Positions 1 to 14,819 of a stretch of DNA of 64,000 nucleotides are shown here, in pieces (the stretch's first letter is position 1; the number at the start of each line of letters is the position of its first letter). The position numbers and the translations under genes were made by a program. The stretch comes from Lama guanicoe (Eukaryota): the NCBI GenBank assembly GCA_013239625.1, contig MU054323.1, forward strand, positions 7,677,220 through 7,741,219, in the 5' to 3' direction. The notes under the pieces were generated by a model, which was not told where the DNA came from, searched no databases, and was given only the letters and a program-made list of their open reading frames with translations.

Positions 1-335
1 TTACAATGTTGTGCAACCATTACCACTATCCACTTCTAGAATTTTTTCATCATCCCAGAAAGAATTTCTACACCAGTTAAACTAACTCCCTATTCTCTCC
101 TACTCTTAGCCCCTGGTAACCTCTATTCCACTTTGTCTCTATTCTAGGTATTCTCACATAAAAGAAAGTGTACAATATTTATCTTCTTGTGTCTGGCTTA
201 TTTCACTTGGCATGTTTTTAAGGTTCATCTATATAGTATGTATCAGAATTTCATTCCTTAAGGCTAAGTAATATTCCACTGAATGTATATACCACATTTT
301 ATGTATCCATTTATTTGTTGGACATTTGAGCTGTT
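1..335 (-). mobile_element. Old L1 (L1MB-like) 3' UTR fragment
   Basis: ttgtgcaaccattaccactatc...cccctggtaacctctattc...gtctggcttatttcactt. Confidence 0.75.
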
Positions 336-1281
336 TCCATTCTAATATAGTATAAAATAATATAATATGGAATAATCAAAATTAAGCAAGATTCTTCAAA
401 ATGGCGAGGCAGAGGGAAAACTGCAAAGGGAAAAAAGTTGAAAGCCATGCACTGAGGATTGAGGAACGAAAATAAAACAGTAAGGCACATTTTCAATAAA
501 CATAGTATCTCTTTCATTCCATAGTCTATCTGAAAACTACAAAGATTATGAGACTACCATTTGACATATCATACAACAAGAGAATAAGCTATAAATACAT
601 TTGAATGTGATCTTCCAATCACTGACACTTCATATATTCATTTAACAAATGGGTTTTCAATACCTACTACGTGCCAGGTTTGAGGGGACGCAGATAATGT
701 CACTGCTTTCATGGAGCTACTAGCTTAATATAAGTTATAGAAACTACATGATTTTTTTAAGATCACAACAATATGTAATTTCAAATCTTAAGTGCTATGA
801 AGGAAAAATACAGAACACTATAATAAACTAGAAAAGGAAAATGTAATCTAACTCAGAAAGTCAGCCAAAGTAATCTGAAAAAAACATATTCAAGCTGACA
901 CCTTAAAAAAAGAAAAACAAACATTTAACTGAATAAAGGGGTCAGCACATACAAAGGCTGAGGTGGGAACTAGCTTCCCTACATATTTGGGAATTGACAA
1001 AACCAAACTGACACACACACACAAAAGCTATAGTGATGGACAAAATTGCACTCAGTTAGAGAACAGATAATGAGCAAAAAACAAAAAACAAAACTGAGAA
1101 GGAGAGCTTAGAGAGGAAGGAAGGAAAGCAGGAATGTTTGTGGTCCCTTCAGGTAATGATTCAGAGTTTCAAGGAAGTAGTCATCTGTGTTAAATAACGC
1201 GAGACGTAGAAAGGCAACAACTAAAAGTCTCATGGAGGTGAGAAAGTAGAAGTCACTGGTGACTTTAAAAAGTACTGATCT

Positions 1282-1529
1282 TTGTAGAACAGATAAACAA
1301 GATTACACTGTATAGCACAGGGAAATATACACAAAATGTTATGATAAATCACAGAGAAAAAAATGTGACAATGAGTGTGTATATGTCCATGTATGACTGA
1401 AAAATTGTACTGAACACTGGAATTTGACACAACACTGTAAAATGATTATGAATCAATAAAAATGTAAAAAAAAATAAAATAAAATAAAAAATAAAATTAA
1501 AAAAAAAACCAAAAAACAAAACAAAACAA
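1282..1529 (+). mobile_element. 5'-truncated young L1 3' end
   Basis: actgtatagcacagggaa...tgtaaaatgattatgaatcaataaa plus poly(A); 16-bp TSD TAAAAAGTACTGATCT 1266-1281 / 1530-1545. Confidence 0.9.
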
Positions 1530-2494
1530 TAAAAAGTACTGATCTGTGGTCACGTAACTGTAACACCACAATAAAGTTTAACCAAGAATAGCTACTTGTT
1601 AAGCTGTCACAAAGTGAAGCCAGAAGCCATTTTCTGACTCCACCATCTTGCTACTTTTTTTTAAGTTCTTCCTCTTTCCCTTCTGTTCTTTATTTACTTA
1701 GTATTCTTTCTTATTTACTGTTGTTGCCTGCTCCCTAGAAATACACTGACAAGTTTAAAGTCACAGTTTTACTGTGTTAGAGTTGGATGACCTTGCAATT
1801 GGCATTTAGACTGAGGGCACACTGATGGAGTCAGATCTCTTTACAACAGATTTCCTGGTCCCCAGTGTGTATCAAAACTCTAATTTTATGAAAAGAAACG
1901 AAATCTCTAGCTCATTCCTATCCTATAAAACCTTAAAGTATTATAAAAAAAATTAGAATACCTTAACAGAATTTGTTCCTCAGAGTAACTAAAATCACTA
2001 TCATTTTCTCCTTGTAGCCTTGTATAAACTGATCTGTGATTAAATGAGTATCACACTTTAATCTTAACCTAATAAATCTAATCAAATTCAAACAAAATTT
2101 TGAATGATGTCATCAATAAACTGAGTGATTAATTCTTAAAAGTTTAGAAATATGTTTAAAAGCTAATTTTTCAAATACATTTTAATGTTTTAATTTATAA
2201 ATGTTCACACAATTTTTCAGACATATTAATTATTCATTGAGCTATACTAATTTATACTTAATTATTTCATCTTAACAAAGCAAACCTAATTTATTCCCAA
2301 CCTACTGACATTTGGCCACAAGTCAGAACCAAAAAAATTTTAATTGCATTAGCAAAGAAGTGTCAATTAAAAAATCTCAAATTGAATTTCATGTTAAAGA
2401 AAATAAGAATTAAAATCTGGAATATGCAATAGCTATTTATCAAAAAAAATACTGTTGTCCATCTACAAATATTTCAATATAGCTCACTATTTCT

Positions 2495-2594
2495 TTTTTT
2501 AATTTAGTTTTATTTTTTTAATGGTAGTACTGGGGATTAAATCCAGAACCTCCTGTGAGCACATGCTCTACCACTGAGCTATACCCCACCCTTG
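2495..2594 (-). mobile_element. tRNA-derived SINE (Vic-1-like)
   Basis: Reverse complement of the SINE head; TSD AGCTCACTATTTCT 2481-2494 / 2595-2608. Confidence 0.9.
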
Positions 2595-3474
2595 AGCTCA
2601 CTATTTCTCAATAAGAACACCATTGGCATCTAAGGTGAATGTGAAGGACTGTGCTGCACAAGAAAGGCACTTAGCATCCTGTTCCTGCGCCTGTTAATGC
2701 CATAGTGCTCCCTCCTTTCTAGTCACTGTAACAACCAAAAATAGCCCCACAAAATCCTGAATACTTTCCCTATAGGTGTTACACAATATCAACCCCTAGC
2801 TGAGAACAACTAGTAACACCGCAACCTTTTTCTCTATTAATGAAAATATCTCTAAATGCAGGCACCCAGATTTCTGCCTTAACATATAAAGTATATTAAA
2901 CATAATTTTAACATTTCTTGATGACAGAAGGTCTTGACTATGAACAGTGACCATTATGTGCTACTACAATATAATAAAGCTCTTAGAAATTAAAGTGTGT
3001 TTTATGTTTGGACCTGTATTAACTGACCTCAGGCTGTTTTATTTGAACACGGTAAGAGAGCTACTTGAAATATATACTGCTTTATATAACCTTCCATTTA
3101 ATTATTTTTGGCCAAGATTATTTCTTCCTAAACTGTCTAAATCTACCATTCTTCCTGAACTAGAATACTTTCCATTTGCTAATGACCAAAATTACTAAAT
3201 CAAAAGCCTGAACTGATAGATGAAGGCTTGAAGATGGCTCCAGGCCTTCCTAAGAATTAAAGTGCATGGGTGTGAAGATAGCTACCTTCTAACTTACTTC
3301 TGGTTTTGTAATTGTGCTATGACTGAAAACTCCAAAGATCTGACAACTGAATAAATCATACATTAACAAAGAGTTATTACTAAATAACCAACCTTCAGGA
3401 CTAAAGTATACAACTATATACAACAAAATACTCTAATCAAGTATTACAATTACTAATAATGTTTAAATAACTCA

Positions 3475-3594
<120 letters not shown>

Positions 3595-6500
3595 TTATTT
3601 TAAGTTCTTATTATAATTACATACATAATTGTATTTCTTATTCTTATTACAACTATGTACTAACTTCATCCAGCACATACAAATTCAGAGACTTTTCATC
3701 CCTTATATTTTAGGATAATAAGCAAAAAATTAATGTAATACAAATAGGCTCTTCTCTAATCAAATCCTTAAGCAGAAATAAATTTTAAAAATAAGATTAA
3801 TAATTGAATTATTGTTAATGCATAATATGATATTATGTTTATTCTCTGCCTCCAACCCCTGCATCATATGCCTACCTGTAAACTTACTGGAGGCACCTTA
3901 AAGATTATCCATATTTAAATTTCCAGCAAAGTTTAGTACATCTTGGATGCTCAGTAATTTCTTAACCAAAACAAATTACCAAAACAGTTATAATGAAATT
4001 ACAATGGTATCTGTGTTCTGACTCTGGTAGAGACGACGTTAAGCATAGTTTATCCTGTCTCCCCCACTGAGTACAGCTAAAAACCTGGACAGAATGCATG
4101 TAGCAGCTACCTGAGGACTCTGAAAATGGTAGCAGTTGGCTTGGGGAGGGAACCACAACTACAAGTACTATTAACCTAGCAGGAAGTTTCCTAGTTTTGT
4201 TTCCCCTGGGACCACTCAGCCTAGACTCAAAAGGCAGTCATAAAAATTAGAATTACTAGAGGGTTGCTCAGATTCAGATTTTAGTTTAGGGAAAAAAAAA
4301 AAAAACTTCACAGGCAGTGTTGTATACTTCCTATCACACCACATCAGAACACGCCAAAGTATCTGTGGTCTCTTTTTTTGAGACGTCATGATAAATCAAG
4401 ACAGTCCTCCTGATCCACCCATTTCAAAGTTTCCCATCAGCATTCCAACCTGTTTTAGTAGCCACTGATGATCTCTACTTAGATTCATTTTATTTAGGTG
4501 TTGAAAAATGGTGACAGTCTATCTTTCCTTCTTCATTTGTAAGCTAGAATCCTTCTGAAAAGAAATGCTTTCTTCTATCTACTACTTGGTTATCTGAAGT
4601 ACATACAATTCATGTAGAAAAAAAGCAGGGTAAGTGCTTGATTCTGTCCTTTTGTTTACTAATTCTCAGAATAATTAACTGATTTTTCTAGTATACTCCA
4701 AAGGTGACAAGTGAAGATGGCTTTTTCGTTTGTCTGAAGTATCATTAAGAATATCATGAATACCACTTTATGGAATACCATTATAAATTTTAATATATTT
4801 TTGTGATTTGATTATTCTATTTCCTCACTTGTAAACTGATTATTCATAGCCATTATCCACATGTATATAGGCCATTTGTATAAGCTCTGTTTTTCATATT
4901 AAAAATATTAAAACTTTCACTGCAAACACTTTTCCCAGTTTATTCTTCATCTTTTTATTACTGTTGTTTTTCCATGGAAGCTGTATTACTATAACTTATT
5001 GGTCTTTTCTTTTAGCACTTCCACACTTAAGTGTAGTTTCCCTCCCTTCAATAGCTTAATATTTTTCCATCTACATTTAACTCTTTAAATTCACTTAATT
5101 TTTAATAAGAAAATGTACATAAACATTGAGAAAAATGTGCAGACACACTAGAGAAACCCAAAAGGGAGAAATGGAGAGGAAAACAAAATGGCCACATATA
5201 TTTCTGAGCAAAACTACGATACTCCATTATATTACCATTACAATACTATTACTGTATTGCATTACTATTACATCATTTACCACAGGTTAATCTAAGTGGA
5301 AAGACCCTAGTAGTTTCACAAAACATTTAGTTTATTTTAACCACAGGAGGGCAGTGTTTATCAAACAAAAAACCATTCCATTGTAATTGTTCACGGAACT
5401 TCAAAACAATTTTTGGAAACTACTTTATGACAAACTGAATTAACTGTTCAAAAGAACTAAAATCAACACTACACAGAATCAAAGTATGATAAAATACATG
5501 TTGTTTAAAGCATGCTTAACACATTTCTTTACTTGTAGATTCTCACATCCAGCTAAAAAAGGATATAAAATTTATACTTTGAGTATTCAAAAATAATGTA
5601 AACAGCCCCTAACATTTGAGTTTGACTCTAGCCTAAATAACCTCAACATTTCAATTACTGCTGCACTTATGAGTTCATTCCAGATACACAGAACCTGAAT
5701 TTTGTGTAATCTAGATTTTATGTTACATTTAAAATGTACCGATAAAAACATGGTAATCTTCAGATTCATATTAGTGTCATATGGCTCATTTACTGTCCAA
5801 AAGCTTTAATTTAATGTCACAGTAGTGAATGACATCACCCAGGAAACATGCAGAATGAGAAGGGATGAGAGTCTATGCTGGAGAACAAATATACCAATAT
5901 TTAAGAGAAAAAAAGTTAGCAAATAAACTAAGAAATGACCAAAGGAAAACCAGAAGAATATGGGCCTCAGAAAGCACAAAAGCATTTTAAGAAGGATGAA
6001 GTAGTGAGCAATGTCAAAAACTGCCTAGAAGTTGAGACAGCAACTTCAAAATCCATTGTATATAGCAACAATGAGCTCATAGCTTTACAAGTTCAGATTC
6101 CATTTAATCACGAGGGAAGAAATCAAACTTGAGGGGGGTCAGCACTGAATGGGAGGTCCAGAGGCACAAGAAGTTAAAACAACTCTTCGTAGAACAGTGA
6201 AGGAAAACGTGGAGTCAAGGAATAATTGTTTTGCCAAATGGACCTGAACAAGTTTCAGTGAACCAAAGTGAAAGGAAACACAAGTATCCCTAGCTATACC
6301 AACTCTCCCCATCCCTAGATGAGAGGCAAACACACAGATAGTTTGACAAATTTCTCTTTATCCAAACTTGTGCTACTTAATTTGACACTCAGAAACAAAT
6401 GAATTCAGACGATGCAGTATCCCTCACCTACCAAAATCTCTACACAAACACGAGGTGAGTTCAGGAGCTGAACAGGTGATAACAGGAATAATAGGAACAG

Positions 6501-7374
6501 GTAATAATAAGGAAACATAAAATTTAAACAAGAGGAACAACCGATAGAGCCAAATATCTGAAAAGAGGGAAAAGACCTTACCGGGCTGCTGAGCAGTATC
6601 TGCTGATCACTAACTACCGCTGTCCTGAGATGCACTCCTCTGTTCAGCTTCTGTGACACCAGACTCTCCTTCTTGTTTCCCTCCTACCTCTCCACCAGCA
6701 ACTTTTCATTCCCCACAATTTTGAACATTGATCTTCCTCAAGACTCTCTTCTTATCTCAATTTCTGCTCTCATTGGGCATTTTCATACTCCTGTGGTTTC
6801 AAAAACCATTGTTCCTACAGTAGAACTCCATATACCCCAGTAGGGCTTATCACACTTGTATTTATTATCATTGCATTTTAAATCATCTGTCTTGCCCCTT
6901 GGTACATAAGCTCCATGAAGGTCTTGTTCATGTAGGATCCTTTAGTACCTTTCACAGGATAGGTCTAAAATACTGATGGAATGAGGAACACAGGTGGCAG
7001 GACTGGCTTTAGACAATAGTAAAAACGCCTTTTTCCCCCCAACATGCAAGAAGGATGAAAGGTAAGTGCAAACATAAATACGTATGTAGATTCAGAAGCA
7101 GAAACCTGAATGTAAGAAGGAGTTGAGAATATTTCAATACAAATCTATAACAGAAAAGCAGCTATGGATATTCAGAGAAGATTACAGAGGCTGGCTTTGT
7201 AAACTCAGAGGTATAGTTTTACCTAAAGGTCCCTCAATTCTGAACCGCTCTATCAAGACATTCTAATCTGCTAGCTTAGATTCTTACCTGATTATCCAAG
7301 AATGTTATACACACTCCTTGGTTCAGCCAAAAAAAGTTCTCAACACCTAGTTCCCCCCAAACTCTGAAGAATTA

Positions 7375-7620
7375 ATAACAATAACAATAACAGTTAATAC
7401 TAGTCTAGCATTTAAGTGTCAGATACTGTTCTAAGTACTTTACATATATTAGCTCGTTTAACCTTTACAGTAAGTCTATGAGGTGGATAACCACTGTGGT
7501 ATTTTTTTCAGATGTGAAAACTGAGGCAGAGAGAAAACAAGTACTTTGTCCAAGGTCACATCAGCTAGTAAGTGATGGAGGACAAAGCTCTTTGCTCCTA
7601 AGCATTAAGCTATACTGCCT
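7375..7620. mobile_element. MIR
   Basis: cagatgtgaaaactgaggcagagag...tccaaggtcacatcagctagtaagtg core; further MIR-like remnants at about 43200-43420, 44810-45080 and 45760-45920. Confidence 0.8.
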
Positions 7621-8352
7621 CAGTCAGTTACACATCCACACTACTCCTAAAATTAACTCTTACTGTAACAAACATTTACTCAGTGCTTCTTAAGTGCCAA
7701 AACCTGGAGATACAAAGATGAATAAGAAACAACCTCTGGAGTTCACAACCAGGGTGGAGGGTGAGCAGGGAAAGGGAAAGATGGACAACTATAATGAGAG
7801 AAGAAATAGTAAGAAGATATAAAGAACTGTGGAAACAGAGGTAAAGAACATTTAACTCTTACTTTAAAACTTATGCAATATTTCAAATATGGAAGAAACT
7901 ATAAAATAATATAACACATATGGACTAACAAGCTTTGTCAAATCTACAAAGGGAAATGAATAGAAATGTTCCGTATCTTGACTAGGATGGTCGTTATACA
8001 GGTGTATACATTTGTCAAAATGAATTCAGCTGTACACTTAAAAATGTATGCATTGTATTACATGGAAATTACACCTCAATAAGTTGATATTTAATGAAAT
8101 TAAAACAAAATGTAGAAATGGTGAAATTCAAGAGAAGCACAAATTAAGGGAAAAAAAGGAACCTGAAAATGGGTTGGCTGGAAGTTATGATTTGTATTAA
8201 AGTCAGCTTATTCATATCTGAGAATCAGACTGTTTTAATACCTGAAGTGACCAAAACATCAGAGCCAGTGAAGTGATAACCAACAGAGAGGTCTGGGGGC
8301 AGGAAGGAGAGGGTAGTGAGGAGAAGAAAGAATATAAGTACTTTGTTTGCAA

Positions 8353-8388
<36 letters not shown>
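8353..8388. repeat. (AATC)n microsatellite
   Basis: Visible tandem AATC units. Confidence 0.9.
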
Positions 8389-9269
8389 CATCCTTAGAGG
8401 AAAAGATACCACATCCATTGAATCCATCACACAAAAAATAAAAACAGGATGCCAAGAAATGGTGAACAACATACAGCAAATCCTTGCTTTTAGGGAACTT
8501 AGTATTCTAATGTAGAAATAGACAATAAATATGTAAGCAGAAACATTTTTCAGATAGTGATAAGTACAATAACAAAATAAAACAAGGTGGTAAGTTTGAT
8601 GATCAATGGGAAGAGAGTTCAACTGAAAAGTGAGGCTCAGTGACTATCCAACACTTAAGATAAGAACTGAGTGACAAGCTGACAGGCATGGGAATATTTA
8701 ATACCTATTTGATTAGTTCAGCTCAAAAGACATGAGAGCATTTAGTTTATATAGTCACATGGAAAATAAAATTCAATCCTATTAATAAATACTTCACCAG
8801 GGTGGTTTCAATTACAAAACCAAACCAAACCAAACCAAACAGGTAATACGTTAAAAAAAATAAATAAATAAAAGCAGTTAAGTAAAAAGTTTCATTTCCC
8901 TCATTTTCTATCCCTTCCCATTCTCCCCATCTCCTTCCCCATGTCCTCCTCCCTCCCGTTCTCAGCAATCCCCTCCTCAGACACTTTGGAGTTTCCTGTG
9001 TATCCTTCTAAAATTAATCATAAACAAATGCAAATATATTTTTATTTTCTCACTTTTGCAAACAAAAGGCAAGTCATACACGATATTCAACACATGACCT
9101 TTTTCATTTAATACATCTCAGAGGTCTTTATGTTTCTATAGAAAGCATCTACTTTTTTACAGCTGCATGATATTCCGTTGTGTGGCTATACCACAATTTA
9201 TTTAACCAGTGTCCTAATGATGGACTGGAGCTGCTTCCCATCTTTTGCATCATATACAACCAAAACAAC

Positions 9270-10740
9270 TGGTGCCTTGTATCACATCTCCTCAGCCCAT
9301 GGATGAATTCAGCCACAGTTCCTACAGGCAGTCCTCACTTATAATGACAGTATCCCACCCCATGCTGAGAGTAGCCTATCTCATGGGTCCATAAGTCTCT
9401 TCACTTTTCTGCCTCGGACACTTCTCTGAAGCCCAGGGAGCCCAAACAGCAGCAGGGTAGCCCAGAAGAGCACAGGAGTTGGCATCCTTGCTGGAGTTAG
9501 CAATCCTAAATCAACCACTGGAGAGTGAGAGTGGAGCTGGTAGTGAATAAATGCTCCAGATCCTGTCATAAACTACCCTGTATGCATGCGATAGGTCCAC
9601 AAATGAAGAAGTCACAGTGACAGGGATAAAGGCTATGTGTGAGCCCATCAGCAAAGCCTTCTTCTCACCAAAAATGACATAGCTTAGCTACTGTTGCTGC
9701 TGAGTGTCCAACTCTGCATCAGCAAAGGCAAACTCTGAGCCCCCTATCTGTTACAATCCTTCAAAGAGATGAGCTAACCATCTAGATGGCAAGTTGATGA
9801 CACCAGACCTCCTCCACCCTGAGGGGGCAGCAATTAGCCCTTACCAGCATTGACAACCATTCTGGTAAGTTTGCCTTCCCTGCCTTCAGTACCTCAGCCA
9901 ACAGTACCACCATCCAAACGTACCTAATTTACCAACATGGGGAATAACACTACCTCAGACCAAGTGACTCTCTTTCACAAAGAAGAAAATCTAACAATAG
10001 GCACTGAGCCCTGATCTCACCGTACACTGCACCACCAAGAAGGAGTAAGCCTGATAGAACATAAGATTGGTCTCCAAGAAGAAACAAATGCATTCTGAAA
10101 GTATAGTACAAAGGTGTGAGAGGAAATAGGATTGGTTCCCATAACCCCAGTGACCAAATTAAAAAACCTATTTTCCATTCCTGCAACTTCAGGCTCTGCT
10201 AGGATTAGAGATCTTTATTCCCAAGGGGAAATATTTTTAATCAGACGACTTAATGTGAATCTGTAGTTAACAACTTTGGGCTCCTCTTGCTGGTGGACCA
10301 GGAGGCAAAAAAAAAAAAGGAATTAAAAAGGAGTTATCATAATGTCAGGGTAACTAACCCCAAGGTGTCAGTGCTTCCAAGCCTATAATAACAGGCAACT
10401 GCAGCATAAGGCAAAGGCATGATAAAGGAAAGGCAGACAGGGGCTCAGACCCTTCAGGAATGATAGTCTGGGTCACCCTACCAGGCAAGCCACCTAGATA
10501 AGCTGAAGTCTGTCCAAGGGTGAAGGAAATCAAGAATGGACAGGTGTGGAGGGAAATGATGAACAGCCATATGGCCTTGGAACCAGCTGTTGTAGCACGG
10601 ACTATACAGTTTATTCCATTAACCATCCTGAATTAAGTCCTTTTCAGAGACTGCTGACAGCCTCTGTCTCAAGAAGCTGGTAACAAGAGTGCGCTTGGAG
10701 TGCTAGCTGTGTAAGGAATAAACTGTAACAACCTTCCAGT
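9270..10740 (+). mobile_element. ERV-L remnant: LTR16-like segment plus decayed integrase and dUTPase-region sequence
   Basis: Frameshifted peptides resembling ERVL pol: DRDKGYV*AHQQ, AAECPTLHQQRQTLSP, WQVD, FGLLLLVDQEAKK, DPSGMIVWVTLPGK. Confidence 0.8.
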
Positions 10741-13591
10741 ATTCTGGGACACACTCACTGCCAGCATCCCACCTCTGTTCACGCTGTTCTCTGTACCTGA
10801 CACAACTTTCCCACTCCTTTCTAGACATAAAAGTTTATGTCATCTAACAAAATAGCAAAAATTTTGAAAACTGGTAATATTCAATCCTTTGAGGGTTGAG
10901 TAAAACAGGCACTTACACACTACACAGCTGGGAAAGTAAACTGACACACCTTTCTAGGAAGCAATTTGGTGAACATGTAACTTTAAGGGTCTTTCAAAGA
11001 TTGACATCCTCTTATCCAGCAACTTTTCTTCTAAGCAATCTACAAAAAGCAAAATAACAGAAGTATACAAGAAATCTGGGCACAAAAGGTGTTCACTGTA
11101 GTATTATTTTAACAGTTATAAAAATAAATAATCTAAATTCCCAATATTAAGATAATAAAGTAAATCAATTTAACTCCCCTCATAAAGAGGTCTTTAGTTT
11201 AAGAGCAAAGCAGAAACCACAGGCCTTTTTATCTTTATAGCCTTCCAGTTAGACAATAACTGAAACATAGGAAAGAACCCAGTAAATTATTTCTAAATTG
11301 AAAACAATGATATTATAACTGTCATTAAAGATATCTTTAAGCAGAGTTTTCAATGAGGAGTATATGCTTATGACATAGAAAAATCCAAAATTGAATACAT
11401 AATAAGATTTCAATTAAGTAAAGAAAAAACAGATGGATTAGAAATAAATGTCAAAAAGTTGATATTATTACCTTAGGTAAGTATTATTAACTTATAGTCT
11501 AGGCCCACAGGACACACAGCTGGCTTCAGGATTCCATGTATTCCTTTTGAATTACATACAGTATTTATTGCCTGTATCTTTTTCTGGAGAGAAGAACCAC
11601 AGCTTTCATTAAACTCCAAAAGGGAACTCTGGCCCCAAAATGACTAAGAATATGCCTCTCTGTGGTAGAATTAAGATAATGTTTTCCTGCTTCTTTACAC
11701 TTTTGTTTTAAAACTTTCCACAAGACAGATTATTAGCCAGATAATCAAGAAGAGAGAAAAGGGGAAATTAGTTAAAAGTGCCAACAGCTCACAAAAATAA
11801 TCTCTAACAAAAAAGTTAAAGGACTTACATATTGAGACATTCCCTTAGAACATTTCCAGCAGCTCAAAATACATGTCTCATCTGTCTTATATAACATTAC
11901 TAATTTGTTCAACTCTTGTCCATGTTGGAAGATCAAGATTTCATTCATGGTCCAGCCAACAAAGGAGAAGGAATAGGAATAAGAAACAATGCTGGCAGTA
12001 CTGCTCTACAAATATAATGTGTTACTATTACAAAAGAATTTCAATAAAAGGATTCTGTGTCTAAGCTAAAAAGTAGGTTCCAAATTCTAGGGTTGTTAGC
12101 CTATCCTTGATAAAATTTTCCAATAAAAAAACCATACACTAAAAATTAGGATTGGTACAGCAATCATAGATCCTAATTAAAGTCAGGGTGTATCTCTTAT
12201 CCCAACCTTCCATCTACTACATTTCTCATTTATGATTACAAGACAGAAACAAGGGCATATGAATAATAAATCCAGTAAGGGTGATTTCTAAGATATATCA
12301 AACTTTAAGTTCTTCAAAGAAAAGTCTACCCTTTCTCCCAATCACTAATGGAATTGTTAGAAAAATTGCCTGTTTATTTGGAAACCTCAATAATTACAAA
12401 ACCTATAATGTGTTCAAGCTTACATTCTGATTGTAATGCAATAAAACCACAAAAAAAAAGTCATTAAAATTGTTTTTAATCCCTACACCAAAAAAAAATC
12501 TTGGACCAGGAAAGAAAGCACAACTATAACATCTAGACCAGAGAATTAAATGAAAGGTTTAATTATGGAAAAGAAGGAAGCAATTTATTATTTGTAGATT
12601 CATTTCTCTTATTCTCTTAAATTACTTGATTTTTTAATCATATTTGGTCAATTTCAACAAATACCTGAGCATCTTCTATAGTTTCATCACTTAATAAGTC
12701 ATCTACAACATCCAAATTTATACTCTACTATCCTCAACATATTATCGTCACTGGTTTAAATTCTACTGTCTCTCAAAAATGATTCTCATGTATGCCTTTG
12801 GTAAAGTGCCTATTCTCAGCTGAAATGCTCTTTTCTCCCCAGATCCATAAAATACTTAACCTTTTATATGGGTGCAGACCCCTTTGAGAGTCTGATAAGA
12901 GCTACAAAGACCCTGTTCAGAAAAAAATACAATTTTTTTATGGTTAGTTTCTGGGAGCCCAAAGACCCCATAATGTGTAAGGTAGATTTGTGTTTTTGGC
13001 AATTTACACCTACCACTCAACATTCTGGTTAAAAGGCCCTGATTTTCTTTTGGAGATTCACCCCACCTCCTCCTCAATCCATATGCAACAAAGCACGAAA
13101 CCTTGCCACAGTAAGTAGTTCAGAAGTGGGCAGAACACTCAAGCTAAGGCTAAAGGGGCAGAATAACAAGTAAAAGACATTTTTTTGCCCCAGCTAGACT
13201 TATACTAGGCTTAAACTTGAATGATGTGAGACTGAAGCTAACAGCTTTCTAACACCCCAGAGACAAACAAACAGAGAGAAAAATAAAATCCTGATAACAC
13301 AATTATTTTAAGACTGAATCCAACCATACATGAAGCTCTTCTTCCATATTTTTCAGCAATAAACCAATAAATTCCCTTTTCTTCCTCTACTACTTTGAGA
13401 TAGATTTTCTATCATTTTCAAAGCAGTCCTGAGATAAAACCCACTCCTAGATCAAGATTAGAAACTCTTGAAGTAAATGACAAATCTATATTTTGAATCT
13501 ATTCACATGAGTTCATAATAGTAAAGCGAATTATGGTGAACACTGGCAATGATTAGCCTACTACTCACAAGGTTTTTAATCATACTATAGC

Positions 13592-13626
13592 AAAACAAAA
13601 ACAAAAACAAAAACAAAAACAAAAAC
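13592..13626. repeat. (AAAAAC)n microsatellite
   Basis: Visible tandem units. Confidence 0.85.
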
Positions 13627-14819
13627 ACTTCATGATTTTTTCATTTAAGCTTTGTAAAAAACGACTGAACCATATGACAAAATAGTCCCAGAAACCAGCC
13701 AGAGCAATGCCCTGAAGCTGCCAAAACAAGGCAACTGTCTTAGGACTGTAGAGTTTCTCAAATGTCAAAGAGAATCTGAACTTCTACATCCCTGCTCAAA
13801 AGAACCAAGCCCAGACAAAATCTCATCTCATCCATGAAGTCTGCTAGAATGTCAATGATACCCTTCCTTCTCAATTACCTTAGGTACTTAAAATAGATAA
13901 TTTCAGCAATTAATTAATTATATACATATCCTTTTTTTTTTATCATTCTTAGTTATTTTCACCTTACTCTTGTCTCTACATTAATGAAATGCACTTATTC
14001 TGAAACAAAATAGTTAAGGTTCTCATTAAAAGAGAACTAGAAGGAAGCCTCCTGAAAAGGATAGATAACCCAGTAATCCCAATTTAGATTTCCTAAATTT
14101 CACCTTTTTAAAGGAGAAAACTCAGCGTTCTTTCTTACGGCGATTAACACTGCCACCACCATAATAGCCCCCAAGAGGTACAATGATTTCTATTTAAAGC
14201 GCCGGTTCAAAGGATTAAGATATCCTTTTCTGCCTTGCAAACTGTAAAGGAAAAAAAAAAAAAAAGACCTGTAGGCACTATGAAAAAGAGAACTTTAATA
14301 AATGGTGAGGGAAAGTTGCCCAATAGAAGGGAAAGAAAATGCAACTTGCGGTCACTTTTATATGATGAGATTTCTGAATCTCACCATGATGACTTTCTAA
14401 TACCAATACTCCTTGCTCTAGCTTCTTCCTTCCTAACTCCTTACTAGCTGACAGGAGGTCTAGTGAATCTCACTAGAGCTCAAGCAAGAAGAGGCATCCA
14501 TTCCTCCCCAATCAGTAAGTGGAGTGTTATCTCCCCAGGGTCACTCAGTGACCATGCTACAAACTAAAGACTCTCCACAAACTAAAACAAGGTTAAGTAG
14601 GGGAGGGAAAACTGGGGGAAAAAATTAAGCTGAAATATCAACGGTAGGTGCCTTTGGGTGGTAAGACTGTGGGTGATTTTTCTTTTTACCCTCCCACATT
14701 TTCTATCATGATCCAGAAAAGTTTTTTTCATTTTTATGTGGTCAAATATTGTCCTTATGGGTTCTGCTTTTGCTAAATATGCTTTCCAAAGAATGACTCA
14801 AACCCAGAGTAACAACTAA

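Noticed and set aside
3291..3310. Possible ASXL-family 3-nt microexon downstream of exon 2 (CAG|AA|GTAAGT)
   Set aside because: Only 2 nt between AG and GT and no polypyrimidine tract; any real microexon is probably outside the window.
5341..5356. CTCF-like CCACAGGAGGGCAGTG (also a weaker one near 9815-9832)
   Set aside because: Mismatches at core positions; cannot be supported without a PWM scan or ChIP data.
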